This document shows positions 1-13,002 of a stretch of 64,000 bases of DNA, in pieces. Origin of the DNA: the human T2T-CHM13v2.0 reference genome, Homo sapiens; assembly GCF_009914755.1 (NCBI RefSeq), contig NC_060932.1, one strand, 5' to 3'. The position numbers were made by a program, and so were the translations under genes. The stretch's first letter is position 1, and every line of letters starts with the position of its first letter. The notes beneath the pieces are model-generated. The model was not told where the DNA came from. It worked only from the letters and a program-made list of their open reading frames with translations, and made no database searches.

Positions 1-359
1 AGACAAAAAAAAAATGGGTTTCTCAGTGTCACACAGCCAATAGATGTTGAAAGAGGTATAAATTGTTTACTGCTTGATTGAAAGGCCTGTTTTGGATTTT
101 GCTAATACTTCTCAAATATCTCTGTACATATCTCCAGGGTGTTAATGTTACTGAAGTTTTTAGAAATTTTTGATTATATATAACTGAAAACAAATTTCAC
201 TAACCTCAGCAAATTATGGGGAAAAATATTAACGGTATATTAAAATAAGTCAAGGAAAAGCTATTAAGAACCAATCTCAGAAAGATCAGCTTTCTGGATG
301 CCCCTGGAATCTGTGGAGCAGAAGCAGAAAGCAACAGGACCTTGCTGTTGGGTCACTGC

Positions 360-918
360 TGTTGTACCTGAGCGAGTTAGAGAAAACGCCACACTTTGAG
401 ACGAATTAAGAGTCCGTTTATTTAGCCGGCGGCCAAGAAACGGCTAACGCTCAAAGTTCTCTCGGCCCCAAAGAAGGGGCTAGATTTTCTTTTATACTTT
501 AGTTTAGAGAAGGGAAGGGGGGTCTAGTTAAAACAATTTTACAGAAGTAAAGTAGGCAAAAAAGTTAAAAGGATAAACGGTTACAGGAAAGTAAACAGTT
601 CCAGGTGCAGGGGCTTTAAGACTATTACAAGGTGATAGACGCGGGGCTTTGGGTGTTATCAATTGGACGAATTCCTGAGAATTGCGGATTTTGCTCGCCA
701 CAGTATCTCATCAGTTAATTGCATTCTTGGATGTGCTGGGAGTCAGCTTGCACCAGTTAAGTCCTTGAGGAAGGGGCTGCCAGTGAAAGAGGCAAGATGG
801 AGTCTGTCTGGCTCTCTTAGCTAAGGGAGAGTCAGTTCAGGTGGAAACAAGGCTAGGTGATTAAAGGAAAAGGGAGAGTCTAAAAACAGGGTTAGTAAAA
901 ACAAGGGTGGGCATTACA
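360..918 (-). mobile_element. Solo ERV1 LTR, LTR6 family (LTR6A/LTR6B; HERV-S71/HERV-T)
   Basis: TG...CA termini (minus strand reads TGTAATGCCC...GGTACAACA); 4-bp TSD CTGC at 356-359 and 919-922; minus-strand TATAAAAG (496-489) and AATAAA (422-417); many CpGs retained; family from recalled consensus. Confidence 0.8.
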
Positions 919-1189
919 CTGCTATTGAGGTACACTGGCCTCAGACATGTTTCTGTTTGTTTGTATTTATTAAAAGGTGTTCCAAGCTCATATCAAATTA
1001 TCCAAAATAATAAAATAGGCATTCAAATGCTTACCATATATAATAAACTTTAATAGTTTGAGTTTCTTTACTTAAAATATATTTAAAACACAACTAAAGC
1101 CTCACCCTGTTGTCTTTCCTAAAGGAAATCTCTGCCCTGAAGTTGGTCTATAGCATCCTCATTCCTGTCTTGTATTTTATTATGTATCA

Positions 1190-1468
<279 letters not shown>

Positions 1469-1810
1469 TTGTATCCGTATATATTTTTCCTGATCTAGTT
1501 TAAGATTTTTAATATTTTTAATATTTCCATAGCATTTGACTGAATGAATCAACATATTTAGATTCTTCCCCATTGAAGAAAGAGATAACTCCTTTTACTA
1601 TTGTTTTTGCTATAACAATGCTGCTTTGACTCTCTTTGTAGATAATTTCCTCTCTAGAAGAGAATTACCAAGCCATTGAGCACATCCACTTCAACTTTAA
1701 CAGATTTTGCAAAAGTATACTTCAAAGTGGTTATGAAAACCAATACACTAATTGGCCATATAACTGAGTTCCTATTTCCCTATATTCTTAATAATACTTG
1801 GCAATTCAGG

Positions 1811-2600
1811 TCATTTCAGCAAATGTTTATTGTCCATATACTTCAAACCAAAAACTCTTTGAATTTTTTTTTTCAGCAATGATAGTGAACAAAAGAGATA
1901 AAAAATCCGTGCCCTTATGAAACTTATTCTTTGTATTGTAGAAACGTATTCTTGGTATTGTATGTGTATGCAGCAACTCATACAATAAGCAATATAAACA
2001 AATGTTTTGTGTTTTAGAAGTTCATAAGTGTTACAGAGAAAAATAAGAAAACACAAAGCAATAGGAAGTGCTAGAGGGATGGTGAGATTGCATGTTTAAT
2101 TTAAGTACTAAGGGAAGTTCTCACTGAGAAAGCAACATTCAAGCAAAAACTTGTTGACTTCACAGAAATCTGGGAGCTCACCATTCATTTATCTAGCAGG
2201 ACATGTCCTGGATCTAGGGAAGAACAAATTAGCTGAAGTGAAATTTTTCCTGGGTGTTTGTTTTTGAGACAGCAAAGATGCCCGTGAGGCTACAAGTGAG
2301 GCAAGGAGTAGTTAGAAAAGAGGAAAAGAATAACAGGGTGAAGGATTTCAGGTCTCGCTTACCATCTTAGGATTTTAGTTTTTACCAGGATGGAATGGGG
2401 ATCCATTAATAATCCTTCAGGTTATTAAACATAGAAGTGATCTAATCTTACTTAAGATTTAAAAGGACACCTTTGGTTGCTATATTGAGAAGAGATTCTA
2501 GGAGGGAAAGGATGGGAGAAAAATATCAGTTAGAAGGGCAGGCAAGAGGAAACACAGTTGGGACCAGTATGGCAACAGTAAAGGTAATAATAAATAGTTG
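1811..2600 (-). mobile_element. L2 (L2a-like) 3' fragment, highly decayed
   Basis: CATTTCAGCAAATGTTTATTG and GCCCTTATGAAACTTATTCT resemble the reverse complement of the L2 3' end; boundaries approximate. Confidence 0.6.
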
Positions 2601-4321
2601 GGTACTAATGGACTTGTAAAATTTTCACCAGCTGATTGACATGAACTTACTTCTCATTTTATTAATTTGCATTTAACTAATTATGAGTAAAATTATTTTT
2701 TGTCTGGGACTTATTTTTATATTCTCTGAGATGTTCACACATGCTTCAAATGTAAGAACAGACTGTAACTGGTATAGCCTAGGTTACTTGTTTACCTTTC
2801 CTTGATGAGAATGGAACACCTCTTTGACCCTCCATAAATGGTGCAAGAGACAACTATTCCAAAAGGACACAGGAATGCTGTTAGTTGATATCTTTATGAA
2901 AATATAAAAGAACAATAGGCTATGAGGCAAGAAGAACATACCTCCTTTTCAATACCAGAGATGGGGAGCATGTGGCTACCTTTAGCGTTAAGGGAACCCT
3001 TGATTGTAGCTGCGTATATTTCCACTGCACAAAATGATGGTTTGTTAATGAAGAAGAAGAGGGTTATTGGAGCCAAAACAGGGTTATTGAAGCCCCACTG
3101 ATCTTGGGCTACATGACTGTTTTTCTCAATAAAGTATGATCAAAACTGAAATATAGTTAGCGTAGGTAGAATCCTTAATAAACGTGTGCTTTGTCATTCT
3201 CTCTTTCCCTGTGACATGACAACTACCAATATTTTAAATTACACTTCCCTGTCAGCCTTGGTTGTGGTATGAGGGTGCTGCTGGCCTGAACAGAGCCCCA
3301 GTGGATACCAAGCAGTAGCAAGAAGTAAATGGTTATTGTTTTATGACCCTGAGATTTGGTAGTTGTTTACTGGTCCAGGATCATGAAGCCACTAGAGACT
3401 TCTACAGGGAAAGAGGGTTTTTTTAATGTGGAAAATTACATCCTCTGCCACAGGTAAGCACTATAGGATTGCTCAATTTTATGGATGAGGAAACTTAGCT
3501 CAGGGAGGTTAAATAATCTGCCCAATAGTAGATAGCTAATTAATGATGGAGGAATTTCCTCCCAAAACAATATTTATAAAACTATGCCTACTGAGTATGT
3601 TAGAAACTACTTTTAATGCCATGAATGGTCTGAAATGCTAAGTACTAAAATAATTTTCATATTAAAAACTACCCTTCCATATGTGATATTTCCCTAGACT
3701 ACCCTATAGCATCAAACACTAAGAGGCCCTATTTTTAATGCAAACTGAATCTCTTGGAATGTTATCTGGTACACTTCATTTAACAGCAATTAAATTTTTC
3801 ATAGGTTTGTATTAAATAATGTATTAATGAACAGGGTTATAAATGTTCTGTCATTATGATCTGCAATTAAAATGTCCCACAAAGTCTTGTGCTAATGATA
3901 ATAAGTAAATTACTGACACCTTTAGTATCACTGTGGAGTTCATATACTTAAAGCTGGTATAGAAACACAGGTTGGTCAATATCAACTTCAGCTGTCATAA
4001 GATTCAAAACACCTTATGAATAAGCATTGTTCAACTCATTTTAAAATATATATTTCAAACACATATTCAAAATAGAATCTATTTTCAAAGGCACCAGTAA
4101 AATGTGCAAGCATATAAACAGAGGCTAAACATAATTTTCCTTACTTGATCTGCACCTGCAGCGTTTATTAGATTGGGTTATGACAGTGAAAACACAGTGG
4201 CCACTTTGGAATCTTTATTCAATCAATGATGAATCAATGGCCCTAAAGTATTACCTTGATACAGCTAACCTGTCATTAAGATTCGTATGTCTTTAGCAGT
4301 AATATTTATATCTAAAATTTG

Positions 4322-4630
<309 letters not shown>

Positions 4631-4731
4631 ATTTTTTTACTTTTAAAGACGCTTTTATTTCAGCTCTCAACATTATAGTATACACAAGCTTAATACCATC
4701 TTAGACATTGGAAAATTGAGGCTTAGAAATA

Positions 4732-4984
4732 ACCAAACACCGCATATTCTCACTCATAGGTGGGAATTGAACAATGAGATCACATGGACACAGGAAGGGG
4801 AATATCACACTCTGGGGACTGTGGTGGGGTTGGGGGAGGGGGGAGGGATAGCATTGGGAGATATACCTAATGCTAGATGACGAGTTAGTGGGTGCAGCGC
4901 ACCAGCATGGCACATGTATATGTATGTAACTAACCTGCACAATGTGCACATGTACCCTAAAACTTAAAGTATAATATAAAAAAA
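4732..4984 (+). mobile_element. Short 5'-truncated L1PA2-type 3' end, inserted in a MIR
   Basis: L1 3'UTR with GAGATCACATGG and AATATCACAC; GACGAGTTAG (GAG, not Ta ACA or pre-Ta ACG); TSD AGAAATA at 4725-4731 and 4985-4991. Confidence 0.9.
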
Positions 4985-5369
4985 AGAAATATTAAATTCA
5001 GAAATGCACAGTAGACCTGATTCACAGAAAGTTTTTTTTTTACTCTAAGTGCATAATTCTTGCCGTTGCATGTCAGAATGAAAGTACCTGCCACAGACTT
5101 TCAAAGGATGAAGTACTAAGTCAAACTTACATTAAAAATGGGAGCATCTCTGAGAGCGCCAGGTAAAAACTATGTGGCCATTTATGACCTTTACCACTAC
5201 TTTTACCGAGAAACCTCCACTGACTGAAATATATATAAAACCTGCCATGAAAATATTTAAGCTAATTTGGGTGTGGACTCTTTATTGGAGATGGAACTTG
5301 AATCCTGAAAGAGAAGATTTGGGGTACAGATCAAGAAATAAGAATATTTAAAATGGTTTCACAGATGCT

Positions 5370-5900
5370 CCAGTTATCTATTGTACAGCAAAACAGCACA
5401 TACCATCATGGCTTAAAACAACAGCAATCTCCTGTTTGCTCATTGGTCTACAGTTTGGCAAGAGCTCTTTGGAGATGGCTCCTTTTCGCTCCATGTGACA
5501 TTACCTTGGGTGTCTCGAAAGATGGGTTTGGGATTCTCCTAGAGATGGCACATTCTCACGTATGTTGATTGATGCTGGCTACTGGGTTGGACTTTAATTA
5601 CAATGTCAACTAGAACACCTACAAATTCCCTATCCTTTGCTTTCTCAAAGCAAAATGGCTAGGTTTTGAGAAGCAAGCGTCCCAAGGAATGATGGTGAAA
5701 GCTGTGTGGCCTTTTAAGACCTTTGAAGACTTTGAAAATCTATCATCCAAGGGATACAATTTCACTCCCACCATCTTCTGTTTGTCAGTCTCTATTCGTG
5801 AGCCTCTAAGTCTTGCCCGTATTCCCAAGGATGATAATTTGACCCACCTTTGATGTCAGGAATATAATATATTGGCAGACATATTTTGAAATCATCAGAA
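5370..5900 (-). mobile_element. Old MaLR LTR (MLT1 family)
   Basis: GGCTTAAAACAACAGCAAT and related MLT1 reverse-complement motifs; decayed, boundaries approximate. Confidence 0.55.
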
Positions 5901-6340
5901 GCTTTTTAACTAACCAATTTTGAAATATCATTAAGACAAAATGATGGGAGAAAATGATGTATAGAAACAGTGTACTTTTGTATAATCTATATGAAAATAG
6001 GAGAAAAGACTATACAAGTATATTCACTTATTTTCCCCAACACATAACTTAAAGCTCAGTAAATATTTCTTCATTGAATGAATACTGAATAAGCGTAAAT
6101 TAGACTCTTTCCTATTATTTATCCGGTGGGCATATCAAAGAACAAATAGGGAATCTATAGCGAACATTATTTTACTCATGGTATCTCAGAGAGATGGATA
6201 CCGGAATGTAGGCTTTTTTAGGAGGGATACTTTTTAGAGAGGTTTTTGGGGAGGTTATTGAATACATATATGTAGGGATGTCTTTAGTCCCCAGAGTTCT
6301 ACAGTGGTGTCAGGTTCTTAAAAGAAGGGAGAGAAAGAAA

Positions 6341-6637
6341 TTTTTATTTTTTTTTGAGACGGAGTCTCTCTCTGTCGCCAGGCTGGAGTGAGGTGGCACA
6401 ATCTTGGCTCACTGCAACCTCTGACTCCCTGGTTCAAGTGATTCTCCTGTCTCAGCTTCCTGAGTAGCTGGGATTACAAGCATCCGCCACCATGCTCGGC
6501 TAATTTTTGTTATTTTTTGAAGAGATGGGGTTTCACCATATTGGCCAGGATGGTCGTGATCTCCTGATCTTGTGATCCACCCTCCTCGGCCTCCCAAAGT
6601 GCTGAGATTACAGGCGTGAGCCACTGTGCCCCCCAGC
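6341..6637 (-). mobile_element. AluSc
   Basis: Dimeric Alu with CTGTCGCCAGG and CCAGGATGGTC diagnostics; TSD AGAGAAAGAAA at 6330-6340 and 6639-6649. Confidence 0.92.
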
Positions 6638-7122
6638 AAGAGAAAGAAACCTTGAGGAATGGGTGAATAATAAGCAGAGAGAAGGGTGGTAGAATGTGTT
6701 GAATTCTATCAATCTTTCGGGCAAAGATTGATCACCCCGAACTTCATGACCCACAAGAGAGGAAAGACATATGGGTATTTCTTTTTTGATAAATAAAAAT
6801 AAACTCAATCAGTAAATTTAAGAAAATCTTGATCACACCATGGAATGGTTTGCATTTATTTCAGCACAAGATCAAGGCTGGCAAAGAGCAGAGCATGTGG
6901 AGACTTGTACCAGAGAAAGGTAAAAATAAAAATAAAATAAAAATAAAATAAAAATACCTAAAATGTGTTGTGTGAAAACTATTCCTGGTGACCATGGCAA
7001 TTGTGCCCCAACTTAAGGTAATGTAATTACCATGAGCTTGTGGAACTTAACACTTATGTACACCCATGTGTTAGACATAGTGCTAATATTTAATAAATCT
7101 AAATTCCCATAAACCTTGTAAC

Positions 7123-7870
7123 TGTATTAGTCCGTTCTCACACTGCTATAAAGAACTGCTCAAGACTGGGTAATTTAGAAAGGAAAGAGGTTTAATTGAC
7201 TCACAATTTTACAGGGCTGGGGAAGCCTCAGGAAACTTACAATTATGTTGGAAGTCTAAGGGGAAGCAAGGCACCTTCTTTACAAGGCGGTAATGGGTAG
7301 AATGAACGCAGGAGAATGAACTCACTCAAAATACTTGTTGGCTCCTTGTTAAGATTCTATGTACATATCCTTCGCCCACTTTTTCATGGGGTTGTTTGAT
7401 TTTTTCTTGTAAATTTGTTTAAGTTCTTTGTAGATTCTGGATATTAGCATGTTCTCACTCATAGGTGGGAATTGAACAATGAGAACACTTGGACACAGGG
7501 TGGGGAACGTCACACACCAGGGCCTGTTGTGGGGTTGGGGGGAGGGGGGAGGGATAGCATTAGGAGATATACCTAATGTAAATGACTAGTTAATGGGTGC
7601 AGCACACCAGCATGGCACATGTATACATACGTAACAAACCTGCACATTGTGCACATGTGCCTTAGAACTTAAAGTGTGTATATTAAAAAAGATTCTATGT
7701 AAAACACTCTCCTTTTCAGTTTCCACGGTTCTCACTATCATAAGAACAGCATGGGGGCAACTGTCCTCATGATTCAATTACCTCCGCTTGGTGTCTCCTT
7801 TGAAATGTGGGGATTATGAGAATTACAATTCAAGATGAGATTTTGGGTGGGGCACAGCCAAACCATATAA
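7123..7870 (-). mobile_element. THE1D/MSTA-type solo LTR, interrupted by a templated insertion and an L1
   Basis: TGTATTAGTCCGTTCTCAC...CAGCCAAACCATAT termini; TSD GTAAC/ATAAC (7118-7122, 7871-7875); sits in a MIR. Confidence 0.85.
7364..7688 (+). mobile_element. L1PA5/6-type insertion with 5' inversion (twin priming)
   Basis: 7364-7448 is antisense ORF2 3' region; 7447-7688 is sense 3'UTR with short A tail; 13-bp TSD AAGATTCTATGTA at 7351-7363 and 7689-7701. Confidence 0.9.
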
Positions 7871-7875
7871 ATAAC

Positions 7876-8030
7876 ATTATGAGAAAGGTACTATTATTAT
7901 CACTTCCATTTTACAGATAAGTAAACTGAGGCACAGACAGCATGCGCCAAAGCAGAGATTCAATCCCAGAGTCCATTGTCACTCTAGGTACAACCTTAAA
8001 GCCACGATTTGACCACTAGGCCATGCGCCC
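7876..8030 (-). mobile_element. MIR
   Basis: Core CCATTTTACAGATAAGTAAACTGAGGCACAG. Confidence 0.75.
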
Positions 8031-9039
8031 TCTTACAAATGAAATTTGTACAAGGCTTTCTTTGAATTAATTTAAACCCCAAACTTATGGAAGAATAATA
8101 AAACACAGTGGTAATAATATTGGCAGCTTCTGAACTCATACATCTTCTTCTAGAAGAGATACATTCAAGCCAATAGACAACTCAAGTGAGCTGTAAATGA
8201 TTATCTAATAAATTAGACAGTTTTTAGTAGAGTCCATATTTTAATAAAATTCCAACCGTATTGATTCGCTTTTTTGTGTGTGTGACTACCTCTCTCTGTG
8301 GGAAAAAATGGAATGAGAAATCTGCAAGTATTCAATTTTAAACATCCGTCTTCACACTCAGGGCTCTGAAAACTGGAATCACTCTGTCTCAATCCAGCTG
8401 GTAGGTTTATCACACCCTAGTGAGGGAAGTGATTGTCAATTTGTCTTTCTTTTTGCCTTTATTGTAGGGAAGTTTTTTTTTTTTTCTTTCAAAGTGATTC
8501 ATAGGGCTTTGTAATTAGGCAGGCTGATTAGAATATCTCTAGTCGCATGCAGACGATTGCCTTCTGAGAGATGAGTGAAGGTGGTATCTGCTTTGTCTCA
8601 GGAGATACCCTGTTGGTAACCCCCCCACAGGGCTTTGTTAGTGAATGCTTCCTTTTAGAAATGGACCCCCACTTCCCTTTGAATTTGGTCTTTCCTCAAG
8701 CCAGAACAAACCCACCTAGTCACTCAGCATGACAGTTACTAGATATAAGGAAGAAAACGGCAGGAGTTGAAGGAATCCATTCCAAGATAAATAATTCTAA
8801 CACACTGCTGACTTACAATAAGGATTAACTGTTCTAGCACTCATCTAGGGAAATATCTACCTATTGGGAAGCCGCTCCTTTCCAATATATTAAGGATTAA
8901 TTGCTTGCTTTATGGTTGTTATTAGCTAGGCTAAATATTCCACTTACACTACAGAGGTCCCCAGACACACTGAAAATAGGGAATAGAATACAGTGGAATG
9001 GACTGATTACAAAGTTTTTGGCTCCTTGTTAAGATTCTA

Positions 9040-9340
9040 TGTAAAACACTCTCTTTTTCCGTTTCCATGGTTCTTGTCCATTTTATTTGTTTTTTCCTAC
9101 ATATCTTCCTATCAATAATTCTTCTGTGTCTTCCTCTTCTACCTCAACCTTATATATAGTACTGTTGGGTTCTCTTGTGTCTCTTTTTGTTTAATCTCTG
9201 GATCTCCTTGAGTTTAATTTGTGGATCTTTTGAATCTCCTCCTCCAATAATTCTAACTACATCCTATATAATCATTACTCCCAAATCCTCATCTCTAGTA
9301 TAGATCCTTTGTCTGACATTGTATTGGGATGAGCTACCAG
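9040..9340 (+). mobile_element. L2 ORF2-region fragment, decayed
   Basis: AAAACACTCTCT...TTTTCCTAC...CTCCCAAATCCTCATCTCTAG pattern typical of L2. Confidence 0.5.
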
Positions 9341-10061
9341 CTCCTTCAGATAACAACAACAACATTAGCCATGTTGTCATAGTGTAATGGTGACCGTTGG
9401 CATGCTGTTCTAGAAGCTGTCGTTCACTGAGTACTAATTACATGCCTAGCACACTGTTATACACTTTAAGTGCATTTAATGAGGCTTTACAGGTTAAATA
9501 ATTGGTAACAAGTTAATGGCTGAGCATGAACTTGAATCCATGTTTATTTGACACAAAGTCTTGTAAAGACTTTGGACGACTCAGTGAAACGATTGGTGAT
9601 CATGAATTATTGACTGCCAGAATAAGTCTGTTTATCCGCCTTGAGATTCTCAAGTTTTCTTTACTCAAATGCACTGTTATCCTCTCCTAGATCCCTCAGA
9701 CTGTTAAAAGATTAGATTCAGATCCTAATGTCCAAGATGTCTCCCACCCCAGACCAAGTAGTGTTATTATCTTTATGTGTTTATTCACAGCAAAGACAAT
9801 AATTTTAAACACTCTATTTAAACCAAAGGGTTTGTTCTTTTTAAACACAATGCTAGTTACAATGACAGTAAATCCACACACCCATGAAAATGAAGTCCTG
9901 CTATTGCTCCACGAGTTTGTCGTCCAACACTTGTCACCTTAAATATAGTCAAGCGAGTGAACTCAAGGCTCATGGCCCAGGAGCAATGTTATGTACATAT
10001 TTATGGTGCCTGGCCCCAGAAACTCTGACAGAAGATTTAGATCTGTTCTGTGGTTTCTATG

Positions 10062-10476
10062 TGTATTAGAGCATTCTTGTATTACTATAAAGAAATACCC
10101 AAGACTAGGTAACTTATAAAGAAAAGAAGTTTAATTGACTCATGGTTCTGCAGGCTATACAGGAAGCATGGTATTGGCATCTCCCCAGCTTCTGTTGAGG
10201 CCTTGGCAAGCTTACAATCATGGTGGAAGGTGAAGCATGAGCCAGCACTATACATGGTGGGAGCAGGAGCAAGAGGTGGCAGTGTAGGGGTGGTGGGGAG
10301 GTGCCACACTTTACAACAACCAGATCTCGTGAGAACTCAGTCACTATCACAAGGATAGCACCAAGTCATAAGGGATCTGCACCCATGACCCAAATACCTC
10401 GCACCACCTCCAACATTGGGAACTACATACATTTCAACATGACATTTGGGCATGGACAAATATCTAAAGCATATCT
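10062..10476 (-). mobile_element. MSTB-type solo LTR
   Basis: TGTATTAG...GGTTCTGCAGGCTATACAGGAAGCATGG...GATAGCACCAAG...CCTCCAACATTGGG motifs. Confidence 0.85.
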
Positions 10477-11079
10477 TCATAGAACTTGTGAACTGTCACA
10501 CAAATGTCATTTGCTCACTTACCTATCAGAATGTCCATATATTCTGGACAGAATGTCAAATCCTCTACAAATCACTTGTTAGCAAAGATGGATTGTAAAA
10601 AAAAAATTTTGGTGGAAGTTTAGAAATGAAGAGTATCTGAAGTTGTCTTTTTCAACTAACCATGGGCCTAACAAATGACAATTTAAAGTATCTTCCAAAT
10701 AACGTATAAGTATAGGGGAAAACCCTTCTTTCGTTGTTGTTGTGGTTGAGACATCTCAGCAGTGACTGGTTTTTTGTCACAAAGGGTCATGCTCATGGGC
10801 ACATAGTGTGGGATCCTGAAATCATCCTGCCCTAAGAATCAAGTCTAGCAGATACTAAGATTTTGAATGAACTTACAGGAGTAATAAGCACCTGAAATAG
10901 GCATCAATCACTAAGAAATTTAATTACCTTTCTATTATACCTCCATTTACCATAAACATGATTTTTGTATTGATCGAATTTTGCTAATATTGAGTGTTTG
11001 TCTAATTTATGAGAATATGTTATTGGAAAGAAAGAATGAGTAATATTCAACTTTGCAATATCATAATATGATGGAATGT

Positions 11080-11613
11080 CTGTGTAATTGCTAATGTATT
11101 TCCTCAAAACATAGTAGCTAAAAGCAATGACAGCATTTATTTTACTGTGAGATGTGCAAGTTGGATAGAGGTAGGTGGATATAGCTTATCTCTGCCTCAA
11201 TATCATCTAGAGTGGCATTATGTGAAGGATCACTTACAAGCCTGCAAGTTGATGCTATTAGTTGAGAGCTGAGATGGAACCATTGGTTAGAATATCCACA
11301 CGTGGCCTCTTCATATGGATGGGGCTTGCTCACAACATGGCAACTGCTTTCAATGGCTGTTACCCTGAGAGAAAACTGGTCAAGCACAAACTCGATCACG
11401 TTTATAGCCTAATCTTAAATGTGACCAAAAGTCATTCACCTCACATAATATTCATTAGAACCTGGATGCAAAGGCTGGCTCATGCTCATATTCAAGGGGA
11501 GGTAAAGGAGATCTTACTGATTAATGGAGAAGTGTCAACATCCCATTGCAGGAATAAAAGGAGTGATGAGATTTAGTGGTGGAATTGCTTTTGGAAAATG
11601 CAATCTGCTGCAC
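11080..11613 (-). mobile_element. Old MLT1-family LTR
   Basis: CACACGTGGCCTCTTCATATGG...CTCACAACATGGCAACTG...GGAAAATGCAATCTGCTGCACA. Confidence 0.55.
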
Positions 11614-12748
11614 AATGTCTGGTATACACATTTTTTAAAATATAAAGGTTATATTAGAAAAAAAATAAAGGAAGGAAGAAAGAAAAGGAGAATAGGATGC
11701 AGAATAAAACTATTTACAGTTTACATCTGGTCATCACCTCCCACTACCTTAATTTCTCTTCCAAATGACTAGGTCTTATATATTTTTGTGCCTCCTAAGT
11801 ATTTACTACATCTTTGCCCCAGACACAGACACCCTCTTAATTATTAAATTGTGTTTGAACAATCCCAATAGTAGTCTCTTTGTATTCCTTGCTTCCAGGT
11901 TTTTAGTCATAATTTCCTCCTAAGCATGATCTATAATATCTATAGGGTATTTTTCTAATATAGAAAAGATCATGTCAAATGCTTAAATTTTCTTCAATCT
12001 TCCCTCACTACTAATACAACTAATGCCCAAACATATACAGACTATGATAAACTGATGTATGCTTCACAGAATCCCTTTCTTCTCTTGTAATCTGTTATTG
12101 ACTTTGGGTTTATGCCAAATCTACTTTAATTACATTTGAGGATCAAGTGGAAGGGGGTTAGCAGTGGGAGGCATTGCCCAAATCTACCTTTTCCTGTAGT
12201 GGAAAGACTCCATTTCATTCTTAGAGAATGATCTTTTTCACAAGCACCATCCCCTGCATGTTGTTTTTTTGCTTTGCTTTCACTATTTATTTAATTTTTC
12301 TTTCTTTCACTGTCAAAAGTTTCACCATATGAAGGTGCCAATGGCTTTTCCCCTTTAGGAAACAAGGCATCAGCAAAGCAGACATCTGCATCCCAGTGTG
12401 GAGTGGTAGAATTTGTTTGAAGTGCCACTCACTGGGCTCTGTGCATTGCAAATCCTAGTCATTGAAACAGGGCTTGGATTGCTTCCTTGACCTCTTCTTC
12501 AAATAAGATTGCCCCTTCCAGCATTTCAACAGCACTTACTAGGCTTGCCCAGCCTTGACTCTGAGGAAGCAGTACCTGCGGATAAAGCATTTATGGGTTC
12601 TGAGGGAGGCCATCACCCACTCAATGGGAGCAGTTTTTATGGGGCTGCATTTCTCCCTATACTATGTGCTTGTTCATTTTGCTGTTGCCAGAGGAATGAA
12701 AGCATTTATAAAATTGAAAATATCTAAGAAATAGTTTTGGAGGAAGAA

Positions 12749-12858
12749 CTCTCTCTTCTCCTCCCCTTCCCTCCTCTCCCTTCCTCCCCTTCCCTCCCCT
12801 CCCCCTTCTCCTCCTAATTCTTCCCCTTTCTCTCCCTCCCTCCCATTCTCTCTCTCTC
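12749..12858. repeat. Polypyrimidine (CT-rich) low-complexity tract
   Basis: About 110 bp almost entirely C/T. Confidence 0.9.
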
Positions 12859-13002
12859 ACTGTATCAAAGTGCCCTAAGAAAAGATTAAATGCAACATCT
12901 AGTTACTCAATATGAGTTTGCAAAATCACTTTTCTGGAAATATTTTGTCTTAAACACAATTTTTCCCATGTGTATTTGGCCTAAAACCCAGGTCATTCTA
13001 AT

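Noticed and set aside
4732-4984. Human-specific L1-Ta insertion
   Set aside because: Has GAG rather than ACA/ACG, and AAAGTATAAT rather than AGAGTATAAT
12657-12860. Arg/Gly/Glu-rich ORF
   Set aside because: Translation of a polypurine low-complexity tract
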